Below, in pieces: positions 1 to 10,620 of a stretch of 64,000 nt of DNA; within the stretch, counting starts at the first letter, position 1; each line of letters begins with the position of its first letter. Under the pieces are notes generated by a model. It searched no databases, was not told the origin of the DNA, and saw only the letters and a program-made list of their open reading frames with translations. The DNA comes from Raillietiella orientalis. Taxonomy: Eukaryota. The DNA lies in assembly GCA_036172245.1 (NCBI GenBank), contig JAYWIR010000004.1, positions 1,860,001-1,924,000 on the forward strand, given 5' to 3'. The translations under genes were made by a program, and so were the position numbers.

Positions 1-590
1 ATACCCCTATCTTTTGAGTTGTGGTGCCTACTTCCCTCGGGGAGCTGTCGTCGCCAGGCGTCGCTAGGCTCTTGGGACAGGCAGGCGGCATGTCAGCTGC
101 GTTGACGTCAGCGCATCCCCCTCGGAAAAAAAAAAGATCGACGGCCATCCCTCCTCTCGCCGCCTGCCCGTTCCAAGAGCCAGCCAGGTGCACTCAAGCG
201 GCGGCTCCAGACGCCTACTGGAGGTGGATGTGACCCGTCAAGGAGAACCACGGATGCCGCCCGCGGCATGCATGCCGCTCATCCGGCTGCAAGAAGGGCA
301 CCATTTTTCTCACTCGGCGGAGCAGGACGGGCAGGAGCCCTCCTGGGCTCAGGAACCGTCGGGATCAGACCAGGGAAGCCAAGCTGCGCAACAGCTCACG
401 CAGCTGTAGGCCCAGAGCTGCCGCCGCCGCCGCCGCGCGAAAGCCGGAGCAGCGGACGCAGGAAGCAGCGGCGACATGCCGGACCCCCAACGCAAGAAGA
501 CGACCGGAAGCGCGTGCGCGTCCAGCCTGAGGGACCAGACCACGGCGACGGAGCCGGTCCGCCCAGCACACCAGGAAGTCGCCCGCGGAA

Positions 591-599
591 AAAGGATAC
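591..599 (-). other. U12-type (minor spliceosome) 5' splice site
   Basis: The minus strand reads ...AAGATCTAT|GTATCCTTT directly after the myosin exon. GTATCCTT is the U12 donor consensus. Confidence 0.75.
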
Positions 600-706
600 A
601 TAGATCTTGTCCTTGCTGTATCTGATCTGCAGGTTCCGGCTGATGGTGTTTTCGTTGATCTCGGAGATACGGATCATGTCCGCCACCTCGCCCTGGAGCT
701 CGAGCG
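600..706 (-). CDS. Internal coding exon of an unconventional myosin (start of the motor domain; resembles the MyTH4-FERM classes XXII/VII). The rest of the gene continues beyond the left edge; upstream exon(s) not located.
   Basis: Acceptor tttgttccAG (AG at 708-707), then an exon encoding (x)LELQGEVADMIRISEINENTISRNLQIRYSKDKIY, which matches the myosin head N-terminal motif DMxxxxxxxExxIxxNLxxRYxxxxIY(TY). Donor GT at 599-598. Confidence 0.85.
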
Positions 707-1579
707 CTGGAACAAAGGGGAGAAAAAAGAGCACAGATGAGATGCTGCGTAGGGGTGGTGGCGGCGATCGCGGGAGACGTTCCTGACCGGTACTCCTGCC
801 AGCGCCGATCGGCAAGAGGAAACATCTCCCTCGCGGTGCACGTGATTTGGCGGTGGAGAGTGCGCGAACCCAGCATCGGGGGAGGAGGTTACACCACGCC
901 CTCGGTCGCTTTTGAGTTGAGAAGGCCGTTGGGCAGGTCGCAAACGGGCGCAGAGCACATAGATCGAGAATCGCACTGCGAGAAGTAGAAGCGTGATGCT
1001 GGGAGGGGCGAAGATGTCGGAGGAAGGCCGATCTTTGAGAGGGCAAAAAAAAGTCGAACCGGCCGGACAGCCGGGGTTTTCCTCTGAAATGGGATTGCGT
1101 CGTCGACCTGACGTCGACCCCATGCTGAAGAAGATGCGAGGCAGAAGGATTTCAAGGAATAGCCGAAGAGAGGGACAGGAGCGACGTGCGCTGCGCCAGC
1201 TGCAGCGACGGCCGAGGAAAAGTTCCTCTGCTTCTCGGGAAGTGTGCAGCACAGCCCGGTTCAGATACCCAGCTGAGATTTCTGCCCACCAGCAGAGCAT
1301 CCCTCCCTCAGGCAACGGGTACGGGAATCGTGAGAAAATTGGAGGCGAAGGACTGCGGAAGTCGGTCGACCACCTTCTGGAAGCGACTGAATAGACCGGA
1401 ATCATCTTCAGCAGCCGAAGAGAGGTCATCTTCAATCCCCAATCCCCTCTCCCGATCCTCCATCTCAACAGTACGCTTTGTCGCCGATCCGCAAGCTGCA
1501 AGACAACCCAAGATCGCTCCGCTGGCTGGAAATGAGGATGCTGGAAATAGCCAAGAGGGGTCAACAAGCAGTTGAGGAA

Positions 1580-3950
1580 CTACAGCAGGTTAGAAACCAC
1601 GGGAAATCCAATGGAGCGAGTGAGTGAGGGCAACCAGGATGAAGGCTGCAGGGCGATGCCGTCTTCGAAAGTCCGTTGTCGAAACACAGGGACAAGGAAC
1701 TTGAGAGCGAGGAAAGGCGGGGACGATGGCGCATTCTTAGCGCGCGGGGGAGTTTGCCGTCGCAGCCGCAGTTCCACCCTCCTCTTCATGCAGGGAGGCA
1801 GAGAAGTTGGTCCATCGCCTCTGCTGGACGCTGGACTGTGCTGATTTTGCCGAACTGCAGTCGATTGAGAGAGTACGGCCAAGTGCCTGGGGTATATTCC
1901 CTGCCAGTGGCCGTTGCGAAGGGCGAGTAGCCGTGTAACGAGCGCTTGCGTTCCGTCTGTAAGGATGGCAAGAAAGGCTTCCGTTGAAGAGGAGGGTTTT
2001 CCCATTTTCCACCCTCTCGTGCCCAGGACATGGCAGACCCGAGGTCCGACCAATCTTGCATGCCCATCTATCGTAACAAACGCTCCGGAGAAACCAGTTC
2101 AATCCGAAAAAGGTTGAAGAATTGGTCTGCCGTTTTACACTCTCCTGCCACGCGACCGCTGTCGTCGGAAGCGTCCATCCTTTCATCCTGCTTTCATTCC
2201 TGTATCACAAGATACAAGAATCCTTAATCTCAATTCCACAGGGAAAGTTATTGTTACGCATCACGGGAGCTGAAAATTTTTCCACAAATGGATTGCTCTT
2301 TGACGGAGCGTTTTCTACTTGGCACCTCTGACGCCTTGTGAACTTTCTTTGAGCAGTGGTGGGCAGAGGGACTTCGAGACGCGTTCCCAAAGGGAGCAGC
2401 AGCGACGTCGGAAAGGACGGCGGGAGGAAGCGGCCAGGTTCGACAGGAAGGCACTTCCTTCAGCATGTGCGTCTTCCGCGGATTCGCTCTGGGGCTCGTC
2501 TGAACGCTCGACTCGTTGCTCAGGGAAGCGTGGATTCGCCTTTCCCATCCTTCTTTCAGCTGCTCGCACGCGGTTCCACGTGGCCAAGGCAGCCGCTTCA
2601 TCGGGCCGCGAAGTGCACGGGTCACGATGTGTCCCAAGCAACTGTTGCCAATCCACAGCAGCAGATGATGGAGTCAACGCACCCTCCGCACAAGCGACGA
2701 TCACCGCCCGTTTTACGAGGAAATCCATAACCTGGACGGGGAAACGGGATCCTAAGCGTAGGAAGAGGTGACCTGCGCGTGGAGGTCCCCAGCACTGAAC
2801 CGAACTCCAGGAGGAAGACGAAGACAAAGAAACCGGACGAGCAGAGTGCTGCTGTGGGGTCTTGCAGAGACAGAAACCTGACGCCAGCGTGGCGGCGACC
2901 TCTCTCCTCCCCACGCGATCGTGTGCACTCAAGGGATGCCCGCAAGACGAAGGATCTGGCAAACCCGAAAGCCATTGGACGGAACGCCCCAAGGGTTTTC
3001 CGCCACCTGAACCCACCAGCAAACCCGCCACGGCAGGTGTGGTGGCGACCGGCCGATCTCGGAGCTGATTCGACGCTGATTGCGCGGGTCTGCGGAACGA
3101 GACGGCGTCCAGCGGGACAAGGCGGCGCCACCAAGCAACCACGAGGCAGCCACAGGCAAACATGAGCATCCCTCCCTCGAGTCTGTCGCATCGGGGTGCT
3201 CGGCCATCTTTGAGCCGTCGCTACGCCTGCATCGCGCGGCAGCGACGCGTTCGCGTTCCCCGGAGCACTCCCCTCCCGGGATGCCGACGTCCTTCCAGTT
3301 TTGACGGGTTTCGCTAACGCCAGAGCGCTGTTCGTTGGAACGATTCCGTTCCAGACGGTGGCCAGTGGGTATCGGCTCACGGCAGTCGCTCGTGGAATCA
3401 CACCAAGGACGCCATGCTGCAGCTGCGCTTGATCTGCCATGCCACCGAAGAGGACATCGGATGCACGCGATCCCAACGCGGTGGTAAGATGACATCGACA
3501 GTCGTGATTTGCAAGAAATGTCGGTTTCCCTTCGTGGGAAGCAGGTGGTGAGGCGGGGTGGGAGCTGCTTCTGCCACTCTGGACCCGAAAGGCATCTCCA
3601 GGAAGATGGAAAATGAGGAAGTGGAAACCACAAAAAAGCGCAGTGGGAATTCTCCCTGTGACCTCTCCATTGACACCCTTCCAGAGGAAATGCCTAGGGT
3701 CCCTTTTCATCCCGATCCGCGCGAGTGGAGGAGGATGCTCATGATCCCACTCCCGTAGCTGTCGCTCCAGCAATCGGCGGGAAACTGCCTTGGACGACGG
3801 TGCATCGGGCAGCCGTTCGGCTGATTTGGATTTCGCAGGGCTTGGTTGCCAGCAGTCGTCGCACCAGGGGACGAAGCATTTACGTTTCCTCTCCCTCCTC
3901 CTCCTCCTCTGCCTTCTTTCCCGCTGCACCCGATGCAGGTTCACCAGCTT
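1580..3950 (-). mobile_element. Degenerate Ty3/gypsy LTR-retrotransposon pol relic (RT-RNaseH-integrase)
   Basis: Frameshifted motif remnants occur in gypsy order along the minus strand: RT FLEMPFGSRVAEAAP...TVDVIL (3398-3676), RNaseH ...HPLSAHDR...MDFLVKRAVIVACAEGAL (2315-3169), integrase AILTDGTQALVTRLL...GI (1580-2053). No intact ORF and no LTR seen. Confidence 0.55.
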
Positions 3951-5092
3951 GCAAGTTACCCCACTCCCAACCCCTTCTTGTCCTGATGAGAACGAACGGA
4001 GTCCTCTTTACCAGACGTCCTCCCGGAGGACAGCACGCCCCACAGCAGGACTCTCTCAAAACGGGTCACACGTAGGGTGCAGACGATGACCAGCGAGCGG
4101 CCACTGCGCCTACGGTCAAAACAAACACTTCCCGCCACCGACTGCGGGATCAGCATTTCGGAAAGAGAGTTCCCGCCCGCACCTCGCGAGATGCATCAGC
4201 TGCAGGTCGAAAGTGTGACCTTTCTCGGATGGGCCCAGCATCTCTGACTGAAGTCATTTCCCGGGAGAATGAGGACGTTTCGGCTTCCTCCTCCCCTTTC
4301 GGCTCACTTCTGGCCACCATAACGCAGCAGCATCCCCCGAAATCGATCCGGGATGAAAGGTGTAGACATCGGCAATTTGTCGAACTTGCTGCGATCCCTG
4401 CAGGGCGGGGCAAGAAAAGAAGACCGCGGAGTAATTGCAACCCGATCGTCTCCTGCAAGAGGCAGGAGAAAGACGTGAAAGGAGAGATCCGTGCATGCGC
4501 GTTCCAGAAATTTGCGTCTGGAAGGAAAGCAGGGCAAGCGAGAGTGGTCAGCCGCTCCGCGAGATGGTTTCATTCCGGCCTTCCTTTCCCCCCGCCTCGA
4601 GTCAGCGCGTTGCTCCTCACGACACGAGGGTCACGCGCAACCTGGCAAGGAACCCCCGACAGACGCGAACCGAAGAACACCTGATGCTCGCCATGCAGCA
4701 CGATGGACATCTCACCACAGGAAGTCATGGCGATGGCGAAATTCGGATCGCAGCCAATCCGTGATCGAAACGAAGACGAAGAACGCAACAAATGAAGAAG
4801 GAAACTGGGACAAAGCACAAAGGGAAACGGGAACCCCTCTTCGCCCTGCTTGGATCAACCCTTCTGGTCGAGTTCTCCAGTTCTGCTTCTGCTTCTGTGC
4901 AGAAGGTGCCGCAAACGCAGCCGTTTGCTGCAGACGTAATCTTCTTTCTAGATAGAAAGAAGGCCACACAACTAACACTGAAGGTTCGGATCCCTTGGGG
5001 CAAAGCAGCCATAATGAGTGGGGAGGGGGGAGATTCCTCCTGGTTCTCCTCAAGAGGAAAGAAAACGAAATGCCCCAAAACCAGGCTCGGTA

Positions 5093-5149
5093 AGCAGGCA
5101 TGTCAATGCTGTAGACCACTTCAGGATCTACAGGATTGACATGCCTGCT
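5093..5149. repeat. Near-perfect inverted repeat / hairpin (23-bp stem, 11-nt loop)
   Basis: AGCAGGCATGTCAATGCTGTAGA (5093-5115) versus the reverse complement of 5127-5149 (AGCAGGCATGTCAATCCTGTAGA): 22/23 match. Confidence 0.9.
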
Positions 5150-5163
5150 GCACTCTCAGCTGG

Positions 5164-7726
5164 TCACCGCGTGACCCAGAACCACACTGGCACTCGACGA
5201 TGACGGAGGCGTTGGGCGCATAAAGAATGCACATGGGATTGCAGGAGGTGCTTGGAAATGGTTGCGAGCTTTTCCTTGAAAAGTTGCCCCTTTTCTGAGT
5301 CAAAAATAACCAACCCGTGGTCATGAATCACTCCCGGCAATCCGTTCGTCACGAGAGAAAAATCCGTCAATACCGCTTCTGAATGGTTTCCAGAAGCCCA
5401 CCGTTGCAAGGAGGAATACCAAGTTATTTATCACCAAATGAACCTCGTCGGCAAGGCACATGAGGTGTCTTACGAATGGCAGGATCCGAAACGGTTCGGG
5501 ATGAAGCGAAAGACGTTTTCACGGGATGCGAGATAACGGTCGGTGTCGCGACATCACCAGTAGGGTTGATTTCAGCAGCCAATCCGTTCGGCGATCGGTA
5601 CGTTCAAGTGAAACGGGCGCCGAAGGAAGCCTTTCGTCCCACCGGATCCAGCGGGGATGAATCAGGAAAACGGCAGACGAAAAATCGGGCATGGGAGGAG
5701 CCCAAACGCGGTCCTTCGTCCCCGCATTCTGAAAACTCTCGCGCTCCGCTCGCCTCGAAATTCAGAGAAAGTGCGGAGCCGCCGTTGGCCAGGCAGAGCG
5801 GAGTACGACGGATGCTTCCCCGCTTTTTCGGGATGTGCCCTACACCCACGGCACTGCTTCGTTTACAAGTGCTTAAGCCCAGCCGAGTGTTTCGATCTAA
5901 TGTGTGCACCTGAAGGAGTCGTGGCAAACATTTGGTTGTCATCTTACGGTACAGTTTACCTTTCCAACTGCCATTCTAGAACGGTCGCGGAATCGAGTGG
6001 CGCGTCCGCCTGCCTCTTTCAAATGTTACCAAACTGAAGGCAGATGAAAGGATAGGCTTCCCTTTGTCGAGAATGAGGTCTCATCGATTAGCGTAGGTGA
6101 ACTTAGCTGCAAATGCTTTCCCTAATCCCGAACAACACTCTGAGGTGTCTCATATTGCAACACCCTGATACTGCAGCAGCTCGGATTCGCCTGAAAGAGC
6201 ACGACGTAAGCACAGAAAAGGAGTCCGAGGTGCTGCTTCTCGCATGCGTCTGGTGGTTGCCCTAAAGCACTACGACGAGAATTCTGCCGGAGGATGTTTC
6301 GAACACCGTTTCACAGGATTTCGCTGCCTACTACATTACAAGGTGCAAGTCACTCAGAATCGCAAGCGAACCCCGAACTCGATCGCGGCGTTTACTGTCA
6401 CAACACCTCCGCGGATTTCAGAGCGCAGAAATTGCCATCGTTTGCTCCGGTCTCAACCACTCTCTTAGATCCGGTCCGGTGGATGCGTCACACGGTTTGA
6501 CTCATACCGTGAATAAGGTATCAGTCTGGGTGCCTTCGCTGTTGTCTTGGCCGCATGGATCGTCTTTGCACTCTTAAGAGATCTGCTCTTGCCTCTCATG
6601 ACTTTCGGACATACTAAAAGCTCACAGGGTTGATGCGGTGCGCAGATCGGAACCAGCATGCCTACAAAGAGCAAAAGTACTCCAGATGTACTTGATCATG
6701 CTCTCGGAGAAGAATTACAAGCCATTGTGAAAGTTCCCTGTGTTTCGGCGAAGTGATAGACAGCGGTTTATGGATGGGGGCATGAAAGCATTTCCGGCAA
6801 CACGAAAGTATTGCCAGCACTGCCTTCAAAGTACTTTTCAGTGTAGTAAGCTCAGCGCTAGAGCACTGGCAAGATTCGTGGCCTCATGCCTATTTTAAAT
6901 TGAGCTTTAAAGGGGTCCTTGCGCAGGATTACCGCAGTCCCCTTTAAGCATTGCAAAGGTTGCGAGCGCCGTAAATCGAGTACAGTTTTTTTTTTTTTTT
7001 TAAAAAAAAAAAAACTCTTTAAATGATTGCTCTTGGTTCCTCTTACACCCAGATAAGGAAAAGATTCCAAAACATGCTGTCTCCATCTAGTTTGAGCGAG
7101 AGAAATTCTTCCAAATTTTGCCATTCTCACTCCCCGTCTTGCAAGATCATCTTCACTTTATTAGCGGCTGACTGCAGATTGATCTTGTTAAGCCACCTGT
7201 TTTCATTTGATTGATTTCCATCTGGGCGGCATTCTGCTCAGCAGAGTGCCATTTGAAGTGAATGATGGGGAATTTGTTGTGCAAACTGACGGGATTTCTC
7301 CTCAGTAAAACAGTTTACCAGAGTCATGAGACAGCAAGGAATGTGAGGGATCATGTCTTCACGCAGGCAGAAACTCCTGCAAACCTTCGAAGAATTTATA
7401 AGGTTACACTCAAGTGAACTCTGGGAGGTTTCTCTTAGTTTTCTGTTCTTCACAAACCCATGATGCCAACCTTTGATGTAGTAACGTGGTCCACCGGCCT
7501 TTCAGCTTCCAGCTCACAGTCAGTTTTAGATAAGCTTTCATTGGATCCGTGGCTTACTGTAAATCGGTGTTTTCGATGGTGTAGCTAAGTTTAAACGATG
7601 CTTTAGTGCTATCTTCAGAAGGTTGCAAATAACAGCAAACAGTTGAGAGATTAATTTTACCATTAACGGGAAAAGGCAATGAAAATTAAGCATCGCGAAA
7701 GCCAAATTCCCTGCCACTATTTTCAA
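5164..7726 (-). mobile_element. Degenerate hAT (Buster/SPIN/ZBED5-like) transposase relic(s)
   Basis: Frameshifted remnants: an N-terminal VICN...K..NL region (7538-7726), a PLSNxTxxRRI-like stretch (~7240-7270), FLSLKLD resembling FALQLDESTD (~7080-7110), and FSLVTNGLPGVI..GLV...HSLCAQ resembling TTDGAPxMxG...HCxxH (5164-5409). May be two separate fragments. Confidence 0.5.
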
Positions 7727-9769
7727 TTAACATCCCCTTTGCCTTCCATTTTTCCTGATGATTAACATCAGCAATACTTGGGCATTTGAGATCAAAGCAT
7801 TTGGGGAAGAACCTTATAATGTGACTGACGCCTTGGAAAATCCATGCTTTCATATTCGTTCATCTTTTCCACATTTCCATATGGCGTCCTCGCTATTTAA
7901 GCAAACGATCGCCTATCTGAATACGAAGGATTCGACTGAGTGTGCTTTCTTTTGTGTACATGTATATGAATAAAAGAATACATACATATACATATTTATA
8001 TATTCATAAATGCTTTCAAGACAGTTTTCTCTCAGTCTTACAAAGAGTAGCTCAGTGTCCTGAAAGTTCTATACGAGCACAGTGTCTTGTGTACGGGCAA
8101 AATTGAGATCCCAAGATCGAACAGCAATTTTAAATTTCTCATGCATCCACGGTCACTTGACTCAGAGACAGCTCGATTATTAGTACCTATTCGTATTTCT
8201 CTTCTATGAAATGATTAAGAGTCAGAGACACGGAAACGTTGCTAACGTCTCTGACCTTGGAACAGAGTTTATCCACAAACATCCTTCCTGAACCATATTC
8301 ATCACGCAACGCATGGTTACGCAAGCAGCTTCAGCTTTCGAGGAACCTCCTCCGTCTTTGACAGGATTCCATTCAGACTGCTGCCCGTTCTTCCAGATGG
8401 ACAAGGTTTCAGCAGAAGGCATCGAGTCGTACTGGGTGAACGTTTCGGGGCGATCCCCAAAGAAAAGAAACAAATGTTGCAAGGGAAGAAACAAAAGTCC
8501 TGCGATGGACCTTGGATGCATTTCGGTTGTGACTTCAGAAAGTCGGAAGTTTATGCAGTCGTCTGAAAGTTCAAGTTCACTTCTCGTTAACTTCAGAGCA
8601 AACGTACTCAAAGGACAAACGATATGACTCCCCCCGATCCGTATGCACATGTGGTGGTGGTAGTCGACACCAAACCAAATGGACACCTATGATTGAACTT
8701 GACGGCAGATTGCAACATTACAAACAGGATAGGTCTCGTTGTCGTTTCCGGTAACAACTGCTTCGAAGGCTGCTAACGTTTCTCGAACTTTTCAAGGAAC
8801 AGCGCCTAAAACTCTTTCATACGGGAATCCCATAGAAAACAATAGCCCTTCCAGAAAGTTCATTTACTTTTCAGCAAAACCAAACACCGTTTCATCTCTT
8901 ACTACATCCTCTTTCTACAATTTCCTCATAGGGATCCCTCTTTTGCGGTGCTACTGAGCGTCCACCGTTTCCATCTTTCAAAGTATTCGCTTCGAATGCG
9001 CAAATGTGTAGAATTTCCGTGAGTTTCCACGACGACCAGTATTCCCCTAATAGCATTACATAATTGAATCGGGACAATTACAAAACTATTTATGGAAGGT
9101 TTCTCCCGGTACATTTAAAGTTTTCTGAGGCGTGTTTCTAAGGCGCTGGAACGTGTAGGATCAAGGTAAGAGCATCGTAGTTATAGAACGAATAGAGGGG
9201 TACTGAAGGAGTGTAATGGATACCATAAAAGCAGATTTATAAATGTTTTTTAGAAAATTTCCAAACAGTGTCATTTTTCTTTGCTTGCGTTCATGTGTGA
9301 ATGCAAGACCTTCAAGATTGAAAACACTACTGCCATTGGTCCTCACACACTTTGCAATGCCACTCTCCGATTTCCGTTCTCATGAACCCCTGAGGAAATT
9401 CGGTTCCCTAGATTTTCTTCTCCTCTGCATTGCATTTTTTTCATTTTCGTTTTTCAAGCCCGCGTGAGTGGCATTCAGCACAGCTGAAAGCCATGTAAAA
9501 CACTGGATGCATCCACGTGGCCCACTGGAATTCTGACTTTACTACAGATATCAAGATCAGCACCAGCAGATGGAGCTATCTGCTCAGACTTGCTTATACA
9601 GCTGGATGATGTTGTTATCTGCCATTCCGCTCCAGGGTTAGGGGCAGGTATGGCACGTAATCACCCTTTGTAAAAGAACATCTACCTACGAAAAACGTTC
9701 CTACGAGCTCTTCTTATTCCATCAAGCAAGCCCCGCAATGCGTGTTCACAGTAAATTCCGAAGCAGATG

Positions 9770-10620
9770 CTGCAAAGATCGACAAGGAGAGTGTCCCTTC
9801 CGTGCCTGGGTTCGGTTACTTATCGAGGATGGCCGTTTGCTCAAAAAACAAAAAAAAGTATTGAATACCCTTCCGTTGTCCAGGAAACCATTGCGAGCGT
9901 GAGACAAACATTTGCACGTTATCCCAAGAAATTATCTCTTGTCATCGTCAAGGAACACAATCTGGCACAAAAGCCCCCGCAGAGAACTCTGCATGAACTG
10001 GACAGAAATTCTCGGCCAGACTCGGCCTCAAAGATGCGAGGAAGCCTGTTTTCAGTTTCCTCCCGATGCAAGTCCGAAGAACATCTTTCCCCTAGTTGCG
10101 TGAAGGAAAATAAGGAATCCTTCGGTCACACGAAACAACCAAAGAACGAAAACAAGAATCCATGGAAACGGTCGACCAAAGAAACGAGCGGCAGAGGTCA
10201 CTCGTCTCTTCGCTGTTCTGGAACGATGCGTGGTGCACACATCGAACTGGCGTAAAAAGAAAATTTGTTTGTCCTTCGAAGTGGGAGCTGTGGGATCCGA
10301 GTCGCAGATTCCACAGTGATTTCTTCACGATGGTATTTTGGCACGGATCGCACCGACAACCACCTTGCTGGCAGCGGTGTGATTCGTGGCGGGGGGGCGA
10401 AGTGCACACGCGTGCTCACTCCGTATCACGTGAATTATTCGTGCTGCCCTTGCTCGGTGGAAAAGCTTCCGTTTGGTGCCCACTTGAGTCCAGGACAGAA
10501 ACTGTCCTTCCATTTGCCTGGTTCCGCACAGTGGAGGTTTCACACAGTAGTGGCAGTATCGAGTAGAAGACACGAAGAAAAGAAAGCAGAAAATTCGAAG
10601 AACACTGCTCTGAAAGCAGA
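9770..10620 (+). mobile_element. Degenerate Ty3/gypsy (K02A2.6/Mag-like) integrase-region relic
   Basis: TYRGWP...LSL...TLHELD...SKMR (ORF 9767-10255), then KWELWDPSRRFHSDFF...CDSWRGGEV (ORF 10162-10566), resembling GWP / LHxxH..MK / PWxRxHxDF..VDxxSKWxEV. Confidence 0.5.

Noticed and set aside
2622..3944. 440-aa ORF as an intact protein-coding gene
   Set aside because: It holds only scattered, frameshifted gypsy RT remnants, and the conserved motifs switch frames.
8222..8686. 154-aa ORF with a YHHHMC stretch
   Set aside because: No recognisable domain; it may be a decayed DNA-transposon fragment, but I cannot support a call.
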